A stretch of DNA of 39,147 nucleotides, taken from the NCBI GenBank assembly GCA_964347855.1, contig CAYGAE010000003.1:1-39147 (forward strand), read 5' to 3'. Made by a program: the position numbers and the translations under genes. This document shows positions 1 through 9,104 of this stretch, in pieces; position 1 is the stretch's first letter; each line of letters begins with the position of its first letter. The notes under the pieces are model-generated. The model saw only the letters and a list, made by a program, of their open reading frames with translations, did not search any database and was not told the DNA's origin. This DNA comes from an uncultured Candidatus Bathyarchaeia archaeon. GTDB taxonomy: Archaea; Thermoproteota; Bathyarchaeia; Bathyarchaeales; Bathyarchaeaceae.

Positions 1-30
1 CTTGAGTGGGATAAACAGAAAAGGCGGAAA

Positions 31-2805
31 ATGCTGAGGGAAGCATTGAACTATGGGGACAAGGCAATTGCTATATTTTCTGAACTGGGGGAGGAATACG
101 AGCTTGCTAGAGCCTACTACACGACAAGTATTCATTACAGCACTGCAGCAAAGGTTCTGGAACCAGAGCAAGAGAGAGAATCTGAACAGACAGCCTTAAA
201 CTATTCGAAAAAAGCCCTGGAGCTTTCTGAGAAAATCGGCGACAGCTTTCTTTTGAGCATGTCAAACATCTGGTTAGGGACCGCTATTGTTAGTTTCGCT
301 GACCGTCCAGATTCCGCCGCGAAGCATTTCGAAATTGCACTACAGAATGGCATTCACACAAAGGACAATTATCTAATCGGACGAGCATCCTATTTGTTGG
401 CACATCTGATAGCTTGGAAAATGGTTGCAGAGGAAGACCCAGAAAAGATAAAAGAGGAATCAAGAGAATGCGAGAAGTATAGCAACGATGCCATTCACCA
501 TTTCAGATTGATCTCCAACGATCAGGAGGTGGCGTCCAGTTACTATTGGTACGCAGAAAACCACATTCTTCTAGCCACCTCTGCCGAAACGAGCTCTCAC
601 AAAAGGCGCCTTCTCCTCAAGAAATCAATCAAGGCTGGAAGAAAAGGCCTGGAATATGCGAGACGCTCAGGTTCCGTAAGAGCTACATGGCTAATCCTTC
701 ACCCCCTTAGCAAGTCTCTATCTCTGCTATCAACCATGGAAACAGACCTGGATCTAAAGAAGCGACTCCTTGAAGAGTCATTACGATGCAGAAAAGAAAA
801 CATCAAAGCTCTGGAGCAGGCAATGCCATACCATTTTTGGAATCACGGCGTGTATCATAATTATCTGGCCTTGATACAATCCGAACTCGCAGAATTAGAG
901 AAGGAGGAAAAACAGAAACTAGAACTTCTGGACGAGGCAATAAAGAGTTCAGAGACTTGCATAAATCTTTGCTTGAAGCAAAGAACCTTTAGTCAAGGAC
1001 AGCACGCTGCGCTTGGAGGATATTACCGCTACCTCGGAGGAATCCTCGATAAACTTTACTTATTAACTGGAACTCCTGGCCTTTTCAACAGGATAATAGA
1101 GGTCTTGAAGAGTGCTGTCGAAACATACGAAAAAGCTCAATTGCCCAGTCGTGCTGCCGAGAGCTACTGGCAACTAGCTGAAACCTACAACAAGCTGCAA
1201 AACTACGCGGAATCTGCAGAAAACTTCAAAGCAGCATCAAAAAGCTATAACGCAGCTGCCAAGACACTGCCACGACTCAGAAATTTCTATTCAGACTACG
1301 CCATTTACATGCAGGCGTGGAGCGAAATCGAGAAAGCAAGGCGCATTCATGCAAAGGGAGAGTACGGTCAAGCAATGGAATGTTACAAAAAGGCAGCCAA
1401 CTTGCACGCGTCGACGAGATTGTGGAAATATCTCGCCCCAAACTATCTGGCCTGGGCCCAACTGGAACGCAGCGAACACTTAAGCAGGAAAGAAGAGAGC
1501 CAAAAGGCCAAAAAAGCCTTTAAAAAAACTGCTGAGCTGTTCAACGAAGCCAAACTCTCACTCGAAACCAGCTTGGACAAGATCGAAAGCGCGGACGAGA
1601 AAAGTATGGCCACCGAACTTGTCAAAGCCTCAGACTTCAGGCATGAATACTGCTTGGGAAGAATCGCTGTCGAGGAAGCGAGAACCCTCGACAGGCTGGG
1701 TGACCATACTTCAAGCTCGAAAAGATATAGCTTGGCAGCCGAAACATTCGAAAGGATGGATAAGTCAATTGAGTATGAACCAAACCACATGGAGTTGAGA
1801 CCTATTATCTATCTCTGCCGAGCTTGGCAGAAGATGACGCTCGCGGAGGCGAGGATCTCACCTGATTTGTATATGGAGGCAGCGGAACTCTTCGAGAAAG
1901 CGAAAGAATATAGCTTCGATGAAAAAGCCAAGGTATTGGCTTTGGGTCACAGTTGTTTTTGCAAGGGGCTAGAAGCGGGAGCCAGATTTGAGGCTACAAG
2001 GGATACAGCACTGTACTCAACTACAACGCAACACTTGGAGAGTGCAGCAAGCTACTATGTAAGAGCCGGCTTCAAAACCGCTTCAGAGTATGCGAAAGCT
2101 ACTCAACGACTCTTCGATGCTTACTTGTATGTGGACGACGCAAAGAAGGCGAGAGATGTCGAGAAGAAGGCGAAATACTATTCCATGGCAGAAAAGGTCT
2201 TGGAGACATCCATTGGCTTATATCGCAGAGCAAAACACCCTGAAAAGAGTGATATGGTTCAAAGACTTTTGGAAGAAGTCAGAGAGGAAATGCAGCTGGC
2301 TATGTCCTTAAGCGAGGTATTCCATGCCCCACCCGCTGTCGCAACGACAGCGACCTTCTCAACTCCACTTCCCGACAAGGAAAAGGCTGTTGGCCTTGAA
2401 AAATTTGAGCACGCAAATATACAAGCAACCCTGATCCTCAGCTTTCTGGAGGTTAATGTTGGAGAAGATCTTGGCTTGGAGATAGAACTCGCCAACACTG
2501 GAAACGGTCCTGCCTCCTTGATCAAGGTTGAAGAGATCATCCCCACAGGCTTTGAACTGAGGAAGAAGCCTGAAAAATACCGCGTTGAACACCGCTCTTT
2601 GAACATGAAAGAAAAAAGCCTTGGCCCACTCAAAACTGAAGAGGTCAAGCTCGTCCTACGACCAAAGACGAAAGGAACATTTCACTTTAACCCAAAGATA
2701 CTATATCTGGATGAAAGTGGCAAACACAAGGTACACGAGCCTGAGTCCGTTACGATAACGGTCAAAGAGTTGGGAATCAAAGGCTGGATCAAAGGAGAAA
2801 GATAA
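31..2805 (+). CDS. Large TPR-like helical-repeat protein with a C-terminal CARDB/DUF11-like beta-sandwich domain; function unknown
   Basis: Uninterrupted 924-aa ORF. Most of it is A/Y/L/E/K-rich helical repeats (e.g. AESYWQLAETYNKLQNYAESAENFKAASKSY, ECYKKAANLH, AASYYVRAGFKTASEYAKA), typical of TPR-like solenoids. The last ~130 aa (ATLILSFLEVNVGEDLGLEIELANTGNGPASL...GTFHFNPKILYLDESGK...VTITVKE) look like an all-beta adhesion/CARDB-type fold. The frame stays open back to base 1, so the true start may lie upstream of the window. Confidence 0.6.
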   Translation: MLREALNYGDKAIAIFSELGEEYELARAYYTTSIHYSTAAKVLEPEQERESEQTALNYSKKALELSEKIGDSFLLSMSNIWLGTAIVSFADRPDSAAKHFEIALQNGIHTKDNYLIGRASYLLAHLIAWKMVAEEDPEKIKEESRECEKYSNDAIHHFRLISNDQEVASSYYWYAENHILLATSAETSSHKRRLLLKKSIKAGRKGLEYARRSGSVRATWLILHPLSKSLSLLSTMETDLDLKKRLLEESLRCRKENIKALEQAMPYHFWNHGVYHNYLALIQSELAELEKEEKQKLELLDEAIKSSETCINLCLKQRTFSQGQHAALGGYYRYLGGILDKLYLLTGTPGLFNRIIEVLKSAVETYEKAQLPSRAAESYWQLAETYNKLQNYAESAENFKAASKSYNAAAKTLPRLRNFYSDYAIYMQAWSEIEKARRIHAKGEYGQAMECYKKAANLHASTRLWKYLAPNYLAWAQLERSEHLSRKEESQKAKKAFKKTAELFNEAKLSLETSLDKIESADEKSMATELVKASDFRHEYCLGRIAVEEARTLDRLGDHTSSSKRYSLAAETFERMDKSIEYEPNHMELRPIIYLCRAWQKMTLAEARISPDLYMEAAELFEKAKEYSFDEKAKVLALGHSCFCKGLEAGARFEATRDTALYSTTTQHLESAASYYVRAGFKTASEYAKATQRLFDAYLYVDDAKKARDVEKKAKYYSMAEKVLETSIGLYRRAKHPEKSDMVQRLLEEVREEMQLAMSLSEVFHAPPAVATTATFSTPLPDKEKAVGLEKFEHANIQATLILSFLEVNVGEDLGLEIELANTGNGPASLIKVEEIIPTGFELRKKPEKYRVEHRSLNMKEKSLGPLKTEEVKLVLRPKTKGTFHFNPKILYLDESGKHKVHEPESVTITVKELGIKGWIKGER

Positions 2806-2903
2806 CTGCCAATGCGCGCGTACCCTGATCCAAGGCCTAGGTTATCACCTTCGTGCCTCCTCTAATGGGCTCAACCCGTTCCTTTAACCTCTGCCCACGT
2901 TAC

Positions 2904-3416
2904 CTAAGGGAGAATTTCCGATAGAAGACGACCCAGTTGCTTCGCGGTTTTTTCTACCTGGCTAGTTAAGCCCTCTCCGAACGTGGCGTCCTCCGGCTGT
3001 ATCGCCAGTATAGCAACCTTGGCATCTGTTGTCTTTGCAAGGAATCTGCAGAATATTTGGAGAGGCAAAGCGTGGGTTGATATGGCTGGTTGATTGGCTA
3101 TCTGATCGGGATTTATGAGTTTCGAAGAACCAGGATCAAGGTCTAATGCGGCAGCGTCGACGACTAATATGTGGGTGGGGTTGAATTCTGTTATTGGTTC
3201 TATGAAGCTCTCGGGGACGGTTTCACATTCTATCAGATAAACGCGTTTGGAGACTTTGCCATACAAGTCTTTTACGATTTTTGTGCCGACGAAATCGTCC
3301 TTTCGAAGAGGATTCCCGATCCCGGCAATGACAACTCGCTGAGCGTCAGATAGCCAGGTTTTCAAAGTGACCTCAATATTATTCGTTTCAGTTTTGGGAC
3401 TGCCCATCGTTTCCAA
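2904..3416 (-). CDS. [NiFe]-hydrogenase maturation endopeptidase (HycI/FrhD/HyaD family)
   Basis: 170-aa ORF with family hallmarks: VVIAGIGNPLRKDDFVG near the N-terminus, a mid-protein VVDAA, and STHALPL near the C-terminus. It is the last gene of the minus-strand hdr operon. Confidence 0.8.
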   Translation of the reverse strand: METMGSPKTETNNIEVTLKTWLSDAQRVVIAGIGNPLRKDDFVGTKIVKDLYGKVSKRVYLIECETVPESFIEPITEFNPTHILVVDAAALDLDPGSSKLINPDQIANQPAISTHALPLQIFCRFLAKTTDAKVAILAIQPEDATFGEGLTSQVEKTAKQLGRLLSEILP

Positions 3417-3463
3417 CTTTGGTGACGCTTTTGAATATGTATTCTCCAGCGCGATCTCTCTGA

Positions 3464-4339
3464 TTAGATGAGTTTCAAAACCTTGGATGCATCGACTCTA
3501 AGTTGGCTCAAGGCTAGTTCGTCGGGGTTGAAGCCCATTGCCAATCCTAGGAGTTGCGTGTAGTGAAGTACTGGAATGCCGAAGGTTTCGTTGAAGGTTC
3601 GTTCTATTCTGGGTTGATTGATGTCAAACATCATGTGACAGTAAGGACACACAGTGATCAAAGCTTGGGCCCCAACACTCCTGATATGGCCAAGTTTTTC
3701 TTTAGCCAACCGGAGGGGAATTTGGTCGTTTACGCCGACTATGGGTCCGCCGCAGCACTCAGGTTCATCTATGTAGTCCAAGTATTTCGCTCCAGTTGCC
3801 TCAATTAGGGTTTTGAGAACCTTAGGATTTTCTGGGTCGTCAATGCCTACTTCTTTCGCAGGACGAACGACGTGACATCCAGTATGCTGCGCCACCTGGA
3901 GCTGATTAAGTGGCTTCTGAACGGCGTCTTTGATTTTTTCGAAGCCGATGTCTGTTGAGAGCACGTGAATGAGGTGTTTGATCTTTACTGTTCCTTTAAA
4001 CTCCATGCCGATTTCCTTCAAGTAGTCGTTGACTTTCTCCCTGAGTTTCTTGTCTTCTTTGAGTTCTTTGTTGACGTGGTTTAGGATGCCGAAACAGCCG
4101 TTGCACAGAGTCAGGATGTCTAAGTTCTGTTGCTCCGCTAAACAGAGGTTTCGTGCCGCCAAGGTGAGCATCATGTCGTGATTTACTGGATCCAATGGAA
4201 ATCCACAGCAGTTGAACTCTGGCATCTCCACCAATTCTACGCCAAGTTTATCGAGAACTTTTCTAGCGGAAATCTCGTAACTAGCGATTCTATACGGAGT
4301 AACGCATCCTAGAAAAAATAGGTACTTTAACTCTGGCAT
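3464..4339 (-). CDS. hdrB: Heterodisulfide reductase subunit B (two CCG domains)
   Basis: 291 aa with two CCG-type cysteine motifs (PEFNCCGFPL...LCNGC; EPECCGGPI...VCPYC). It sits 3 nt downstream of hdrC. Confidence 0.92.
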   Translation of the reverse strand: MPELKYLFFLGCVTPYRIASYEISARKVLDKLGVELVEMPEFNCCGFPLDPVNHDMMLTLAARNLCLAEQQNLDILTLCNGCFGILNHVNKELKEDKKLREKVNDYLKEIGMEFKGTVKIKHLIHVLSTDIGFEKIKDAVQKPLNQLQVAQHTGCHVVRPAKEVGIDDPENPKVLKTLIEATGAKYLDYIDEPECCGGPIVGVNDQIPLRLAKEKLGHIRSVGAQALITVCPYCHMMFDINQPRIERTFNETFGIPVLHYTQLLGLAMGFNPDELALSQLRVDASKVLKLI

Positions 4340-4342
4340 TTT

Positions 4343-4894
4343 TTAGGTCTTCTCCTTCTCAAGCGTCTTCGAAAAACCGGTAACGTCGAAAAGTTTGGTG
4401 ATGCTTTCTAAGTTGGCCTTTGGCAGAGAGGGCAATCCTGTCTCTTGCCTTTTTCTCAGCCGCATGTTTGGAATCGTGTAGGCATAGCCTGTTTTCCGGA
4501 TGTTAGAAGCTAACTCCTTGTACACGGCAGGCATGTGGCTCCTTTCTACAGTTAAGTTTCGAAGCGCCCGTACAATGCTGGCGATTCCCACATCTTGCGG
4601 GCAATGGTCGATACACGTAAAGCAGGTAGAACAGAGCCAGATGACATCGTTGGAAAGGAGTCTGTCTTTCAGGCCTAGTTGCGTCATTCGAATGAGTTTT
4701 CTGGGTCGGTAGAAATCATCAAACCGCGCGATTGGGCAGTCGGCTGTGCAAGTTCCGCATTGGAAGCATAACGCGATCTTTTCGGCTCCGGGAAACTTGC
4801 TTATATCGTATTTGAAGCGTGGATCCATTTCGCTTGATTTGACCATCGTTTTTTTAGTTGCCTCTGCTTGTGGCTTTTTCTTTGTTTCAGCCAT
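4343..4894 (-). CDS. hdrC: Heterodisulfide reductase subunit C (2x[4Fe-4S] ferredoxin-like)
   Basis: 183 aa with CFQCGTCTADCP and CSTCFTCIDHCP motifs. Its start overlaps the mvhD stop by 8 nt. Confidence 0.9.
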   Translation of the reverse strand: MAETKKKPQAEATKKTMVKSSEMDPRFKYDISKFPGAEKIALCFQCGTCTADCPIARFDDFYRPRKLIRMTQLGLKDRLLSNDVIWLCSTCFTCIDHCPQDVGIASIVRALRNLTVERSHMPAVYKELASNIRKTGYAYTIPNMRLRKRQETGLPSLPKANLESITKLFDVTGFSKTLEKEKT

Positions 4895-5321
4895 TGCTTG
4901 TTCCTCCAGCCCTTAGTGGGCTCGGTCCGAGTTTCTTTATTTCCTTCGTCATGTCCTTAATAATGGTTGCGAATCTCTCTCCTTCAGACGCCGAGACCCA
5001 CTCCAGTCGTAAACGCTCAGGTTTTAGACCTAAATGTTCCAAGACCTTCTTCAACATTAAAACTCTATGTTGTGCTTTGTAATTTCCAGAGAGGTAGTGA
5101 CAGTCGCCAGAGTGGCAGCCAGCGATGAGAACTCCGTCTGCTCCGCTTCGGAAGGCTTCGAGGATGAAAACTGGGTCAACTCTTCCGCTACACATCACCC
5201 TCACGATTCTAAGGGTTGGAGGATATTGGATTCGGCTAACACCTGCTAGGTCGGCACCGGCATAGGAGCACCAGTTGCAAAGGAAACCCACAATTTTTGG
5301 TTCAAATCCAGGTTTAGTCAT
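4887..5321 (-). CDS. mvhD: MvhD-type [2Fe-2S] adaptor protein (methyl-viologen-reducing hydrogenase delta subunit family), stand-alone
   Basis: 144 aa: FLCNWCSYAGADLAGVSRIQYPPTLRIVRVMCSGRVDP...GADGVLIAGCHSGDCHY. Overlaps the hdrA stop by 8 nt. Confidence 0.9.
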   Translation of the reverse strand: MTKPGFEPKIVGFLCNWCSYAGADLAGVSRIQYPPTLRIVRVMCSGRVDPVFILEAFRSGADGVLIAGCHSGDCHYLSGNYKAQHRVLMLKKVLEHLGLKPERLRLEWVSASEGERFATIIKDMTKEIKKLGPSPLRAGGTSNG

Positions 5322-8300
5322 ATTTTCCTTCCTCCATCAACGCGGCCCGAACTTGGGCAAGAATCTGGTCGTCAGTGAAGTGAAGCATGGATATGGCCTT
5401 AGCAGGGCAAGTGGAGCCACAGACGCCACAACCTTTACATAGAGCCTCGATAACGTGTGCCCTCGACTTTCCATTCATCTCTTCCATCTTGATGGCGCCA
5501 TACTCGCAAACGGGCTCGCAGAATCCGCATCCACTACAGAAGTCTTCGTTAACTCTGGCCACTGCTCCTTCTACTTCCAATACTTTCTTGGACAAAATCG
5601 TGATTGCTCGCGCCGCAGCTGCGGATGCTTGTGAAATGCTCTCTTCGATTGATTTCGGCCAGTGAGCCAACCCACAAAGGAATATGCCATCCGTTGCGAA
5701 GTCAACGGGACGGAGCTTCATGTGTGCTTCCAAGAAGAATCCGTCTTGGTTGAGTGGAACTTTCAGCATTTTTGCTATGTGATCGTTGTCTTGATTTGGA
5801 ATGGTGGCTACGCTCAGCGCCAAAAGGTCCGCCTCAATTGTCAGCCACATCTTGACGACTGGCTCCCAGACCACCATTTTGAGCTTGCCATCCTCTTGAA
5901 TAACCTTCGGCTTGTTTTCATCGTCATAGCGTATGAATAAGACTCCCTTACTTGCAGCCTCACGATAGTAATCCTCTATGAACCCGTATGTTCTCATGTC
6001 TTTGTACAGGACGTAGACGTCTGTTTCAGGGCTTAGCTCCTTAATCTTTAATGCATTTTTTACGGCTTGAGAACAGCATATTCGCGAGCAGTAGTGACGC
6101 TCTTCATTCCTAGAACCAACACATTGAATCATTGCCACAGTCTTAGCGCTAAACTGCCCATTAGCCAGCTTCTCTTCTAATGCACGCTGAGTCAAAACCG
6201 TTTTGTCGACACCATAGAGATACTCTGTCGGCTCATACTCCATGGCTCCAGCGGCAACTATCACAATGCCATGGTTTATCTCCTTTCTTTCTCCACCACA
6301 ACTAAGGGTCGTCTTGAAGTTTCCAACATATCCCTCAACATCGGAGATTTCAGAATTTAGATAAACATGAATTTTCTCGTTCCCATCGACTTCCTTTACG
6401 ATCGATTTCAGCTTTTCTTGCGGGGCCTCAGATCCAAGAAGATAATGTATATGGCGCAGGTGGCCTCCCAGTTCCTTCTCCTTCTCCACCAAATGGACCT
6501 CGAAGCCTTGTTTCGCCAATTCTAAGGCTGCAGTCATTCCTGACAAGCCGCCTCCGATCACTAGACCCGTGGGCGTAACATCTATCACCGGATTCTTGAG
6601 AGGCTTCAACAAGCGGGCTTTGGCGACAATGGATCTGACAAGATCCTTCGCTTTTTCAGTCGCTTCTTCAGGTTCATGCATGTGAACCCAGCTACATTGG
6701 TCACGAATGTTTGCCATCTCAAAGAGGTAAACGTTAAGCCCGGCTTTCCGGATGGTTTCTCTTAAAAGCGGTTCATGAGTTCTTGGAGTGCACGACGCCA
6801 CAACCACGCGGTTAAGGTTTTGTTCCTCTATTGTTTCCCTTATCCTCTTCTGAGCGTCTTCTGAGCACGTGTACAAATTATGCTCTGCGCAAACAACATT
6901 TGGCAACGTTTTAACGTACTCGACGACCTCTGGCACATCGACGACTCCCCCAATATTTATGCCGCAGTGGCAAACAAAAACTCCAATGCGGGGCTCCTCA
7001 TCGGATACGTCTCTCTCTGGTGGATACTCTTTTGCGGTTGTGAGCGTCCCTCTCTCCGACGAAATCAAGCTAGCCGCTTTTGCCGCGGCCCCACTCGCCT
7101 GCGCCACGCTCTCAGGAATGTCTTTGGGAGAAGAAAATGCTCCGCAAACGTATATTCCGGGCTTGGATGTCTCTAGCGGGGAGAACGTTTCAGAGCGACA
7201 GAAGTTGTATCTATTTAGTTTAATGTTCAGCGTTTTGGCCAATTCCTGAGCATGTTTGGGTGGCCTCATCCCAACCGATAGCACTACGAGATTGAATTCT
7301 TCGATCTTAAGGTTCCCATCTTCAACATATCTCAATAAGAGGTTTTGCGATTCCGGAATCTCTTCTATTCGAGGTACTCGAGACCTAACGAAAGTCACTC
7401 CGTATTCTTCTTCTGCTCTATTATAGTAAGCATCAAACTCCTTCCCATAGGCACGCACATCCATAAAGAAAATGGTGCATTGCAGGGTGGGATTGTGTTC
7501 CTTGGCTATGATCGCCTCTTTGATGGCATACATGCAACAAGCTGAAGAGCAGTAATTATTTCCAAGCTTAGCGTCACGCGAACCCACACATTGAATGAAT
7601 GCTATCTTCCGTGGAACCTTACCATCAGAGGGACGTAAGACCAATCCACCATAAGGTCCTGAAGCACTTAGAATACGCTCAAATTCAATGCTAGACACCA
7701 CATTTGAATACTGTCCATAGCCGTACTCCGTTTTGAGTTTTGGATCAAACTCTTCGAAACCTGGTGCCAGTATAATGGATCCAACGTGCAATACGGTTTC
7801 CCTTTCTTTTTCGTCATATTTGACCGCACCTGCCTTACAGATTTCTTGGCAGGTGCCACACCCGATGCATTTTTCTTTGTCAATGGCATAAACTAAGGGA
7901 ACCGCTTGCGGATACTTAACGTAGATCGCAGTTCTTTCGCCTAGGCCTTCATTGAATTCATCTATCGCTTCAACAGGGCATTTTCGAGCGCATAAACCGC
8001 AACCCGTGCACTTCTCTTCATCAATATACCTAGGTTTCCTTAGGCATGTAACTTGGAAGTGCCCTTCTTCACCTTCGACACTCTTTATTTCTGCGCCCAT
8101 AATTAGTTCAATGTTATGGTGCCTTCCAGCCGTGACCAGTTTCGGCGCTAGAATGCACATTGCACAATCATTGGTCGGAAAGGTTTTGTCGAGTTGGGTC
8201 ATGGTGCCGCCTATACTGGTTGATTCATCCAGCAGATACACTTTGAATCCTGAGTCAGCGAGATCGAGTGACGATTGTATTCCAGCGATTCCGCCGCCCA

Positions 8301-8334
8301 CTACGAGTACGGCGCCTACCTTGTCTTTCATCAT
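5314..8334 (-). CDS. hdrA: Tandem (double-module) HdrA-like flavoprotein
   Basis: 1006 aa. Residues 1-~425 are an FAD domain (VVGGGIAGIQSSLDLADSG, QLDKTFPTNDC, FIQCVGSRD, CSSACC) with an inserted 2x[4Fe-4S] ferredoxin (CTGCGLCARKCP, CIGCGTCQEIC). Residues ~448-1006 are an HdrA N-terminal Cys domain (RIGVFVCHCGINIGG), a second FAD domain (VIGGGLSGMTAALELAKQG, IQCVGSRN, CSRICC) without the insert, and a C-terminal ferredoxin (CSGCGFCEPVC, CKGCGVCGSTCP) ending in the HFTDDQILAQV tail. Confidence 0.9.
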   Translation of the reverse strand: MMKDKVGAVLVVGGGIAGIQSSLDLADSGFKVYLLDESTSIGGTMTQLDKTFPTNDCAMCILAPKLVTAGRHHNIELIMGAEIKSVEGEEGHFQVTCLRKPRYIDEEKCTGCGLCARKCPVEAIDEFNEGLGERTAIYVKYPQAVPLVYAIDKEKCIGCGTCQEICKAGAVKYDEKERETVLHVGSIILAPGFEEFDPKLKTEYGYGQYSNVVSSIEFERILSASGPYGGLVLRPSDGKVPRKIAFIQCVGSRDAKLGNNYCSSACCMYAIKEAIIAKEHNPTLQCTIFFMDVRAYGKEFDAYYNRAEEEYGVTFVRSRVPRIEEIPESQNLLLRYVEDGNLKIEEFNLVVLSVGMRPPKHAQELAKTLNIKLNRYNFCRSETFSPLETSKPGIYVCGAFSSPKDIPESVAQASGAAAKAASLISSERGTLTTAKEYPPERDVSDEEPRIGVFVCHCGINIGGVVDVPEVVEYVKTLPNVVCAEHNLYTCSEDAQKRIRETIEEQNLNRVVVASCTPRTHEPLLRETIRKAGLNVYLFEMANIRDQCSWVHMHEPEEATEKAKDLVRSIVAKARLLKPLKNPVIDVTPTGLVIGGGLSGMTAALELAKQGFEVHLVEKEKELGGHLRHIHYLLGSEAPQEKLKSIVKEVDGNEKIHVYLNSEISDVEGYVGNFKTTLSCGGERKEINHGIVIVAAGAMEYEPTEYLYGVDKTVLTQRALEEKLANGQFSAKTVAMIQCVGSRNEERHYCSRICCSQAVKNALKIKELSPETDVYVLYKDMRTYGFIEDYYREAASKGVLFIRYDDENKPKVIQEDGKLKMVVWEPVVKMWLTIEADLLALSVATIPNQDNDHIAKMLKVPLNQDGFFLEAHMKLRPVDFATDGIFLCGLAHWPKSIEESISQASAAAARAITILSKKVLEVEGAVARVNEDFCSGCGFCEPVCEYGAIKMEEMNGKSRAHVIEALCKGCGVCGSTCPAKAISMLHFTDDQILAQVRAALMEEGKYD

Positions 8335-9104
8335 GTTACCTCCAGTGCGATGTATAGGGGGTCCTCCCCTTCCATTCTATCCAGGGTAACTAGCCCTCGC
8401 TGCTTCAAGATCACCATGTGGCGCAACACGATTTTCGGGTCCAAGCGCAAATGTTTGGCTAAACCTTCAACGGACATTGGCTTATTCTTCACAAGAAGAT
8501 GAATTCTGCTTCGTACGTACTCTGCATCGATACTCTCATCCATCAATTCGTCAAACTCCTTTTGTTCCACTTTTTCACCGTACACGTTTTCTTCTTCGAC
8601 TAGCCTCTTCTCTCTGCCCACCAGCGTTCGCAGTCTAGAATCTCCCGCCACTGCTTTGGCTGCCATAAGGCTGGCCAACAATTTTTTGTCTCGATTTCCT
8701 CCGGCCAAAGGAGACGGCCCTAGCGCCGTCACGTGATTTCTAAAATCGTTAACGATGTGTGCGAAGCGTTCAATTTCGGACGCATAAGCCCAGTCTAACC
8801 CAAGGCGCCCTGGTTCAAGACCAGTTCGCGAAATGAGTTTCTTTAGCATCGCAATTTTCCGTTCTGCCTGAAGGTTTCCTTCAACGTAGTGACAATCGGG
8901 TGGGTGACAGCCTATTACCAAAACCCCGTCTGCCCCCTTGGCAAAAGTTTCTAGCACGATAACTGGATCGATTCTCCCAACACACATTACTCGTACTATG
9001 TGTATTTTGGGGTGACCAGGTATGGTGTCAGTACCTGCAATGCCGATATCTGTAGGCAGACTCCAGTTACATACAAAACCAATGATTTTAGGTCTAAACA
9101 TCAT
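8331..9104 (-). CDS. MvhD-like domain fused to a C-terminal winged-helix-like domain
   Basis: 257 aa. The N-terminal ~140 aa align with MvhD (IIGFVCNWSLPTDIGIAG...IHIVRVMCVGRIDP...GADGVLVIGCHPPDCHY), but the CNWC motif is CNWS here. The C-terminal ~60 aa (MSVEGLAKHLRLDPKIVLRHMVILKQRGLVTLDRMEGEDPLYIAL) have a wHTH pattern. ATGA overlaps on both sides. Confidence 0.8.
   Translation of the reverse strand: MMFRPKIIGFVCNWSLPTDIGIAGTDTIPGHPKIHIVRVMCVGRIDPVIVLETFAKGADGVLVIGCHPPDCHYVEGNLQAERKIAMLKKLISRTGLEPGRLGLDWAYASEIERFAHIVNDFRNHVTALGPSPLAGGNRDKKLLASLMAAKAVAGDSRLRTLVGREKRLVEEENVYGEKVEQKEFDELMDESIDAEYVRSRIHLLVKNKPMSVEGLAKHLRLDPKIVLRHMVILKQRGLVTLDRMEGEDPLYIALEVT

Noticed and set aside
5314-8334. 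Possibility that the 1006-aa double HdrA is an assembly-collapsed tandem duplication.
   Set aside because: The two halves are not near-identical copies. They carry complementary domain sets and are strongly diverged at the nucleotide level, and the same two-module order recurs as separate genes at 25022-28478.
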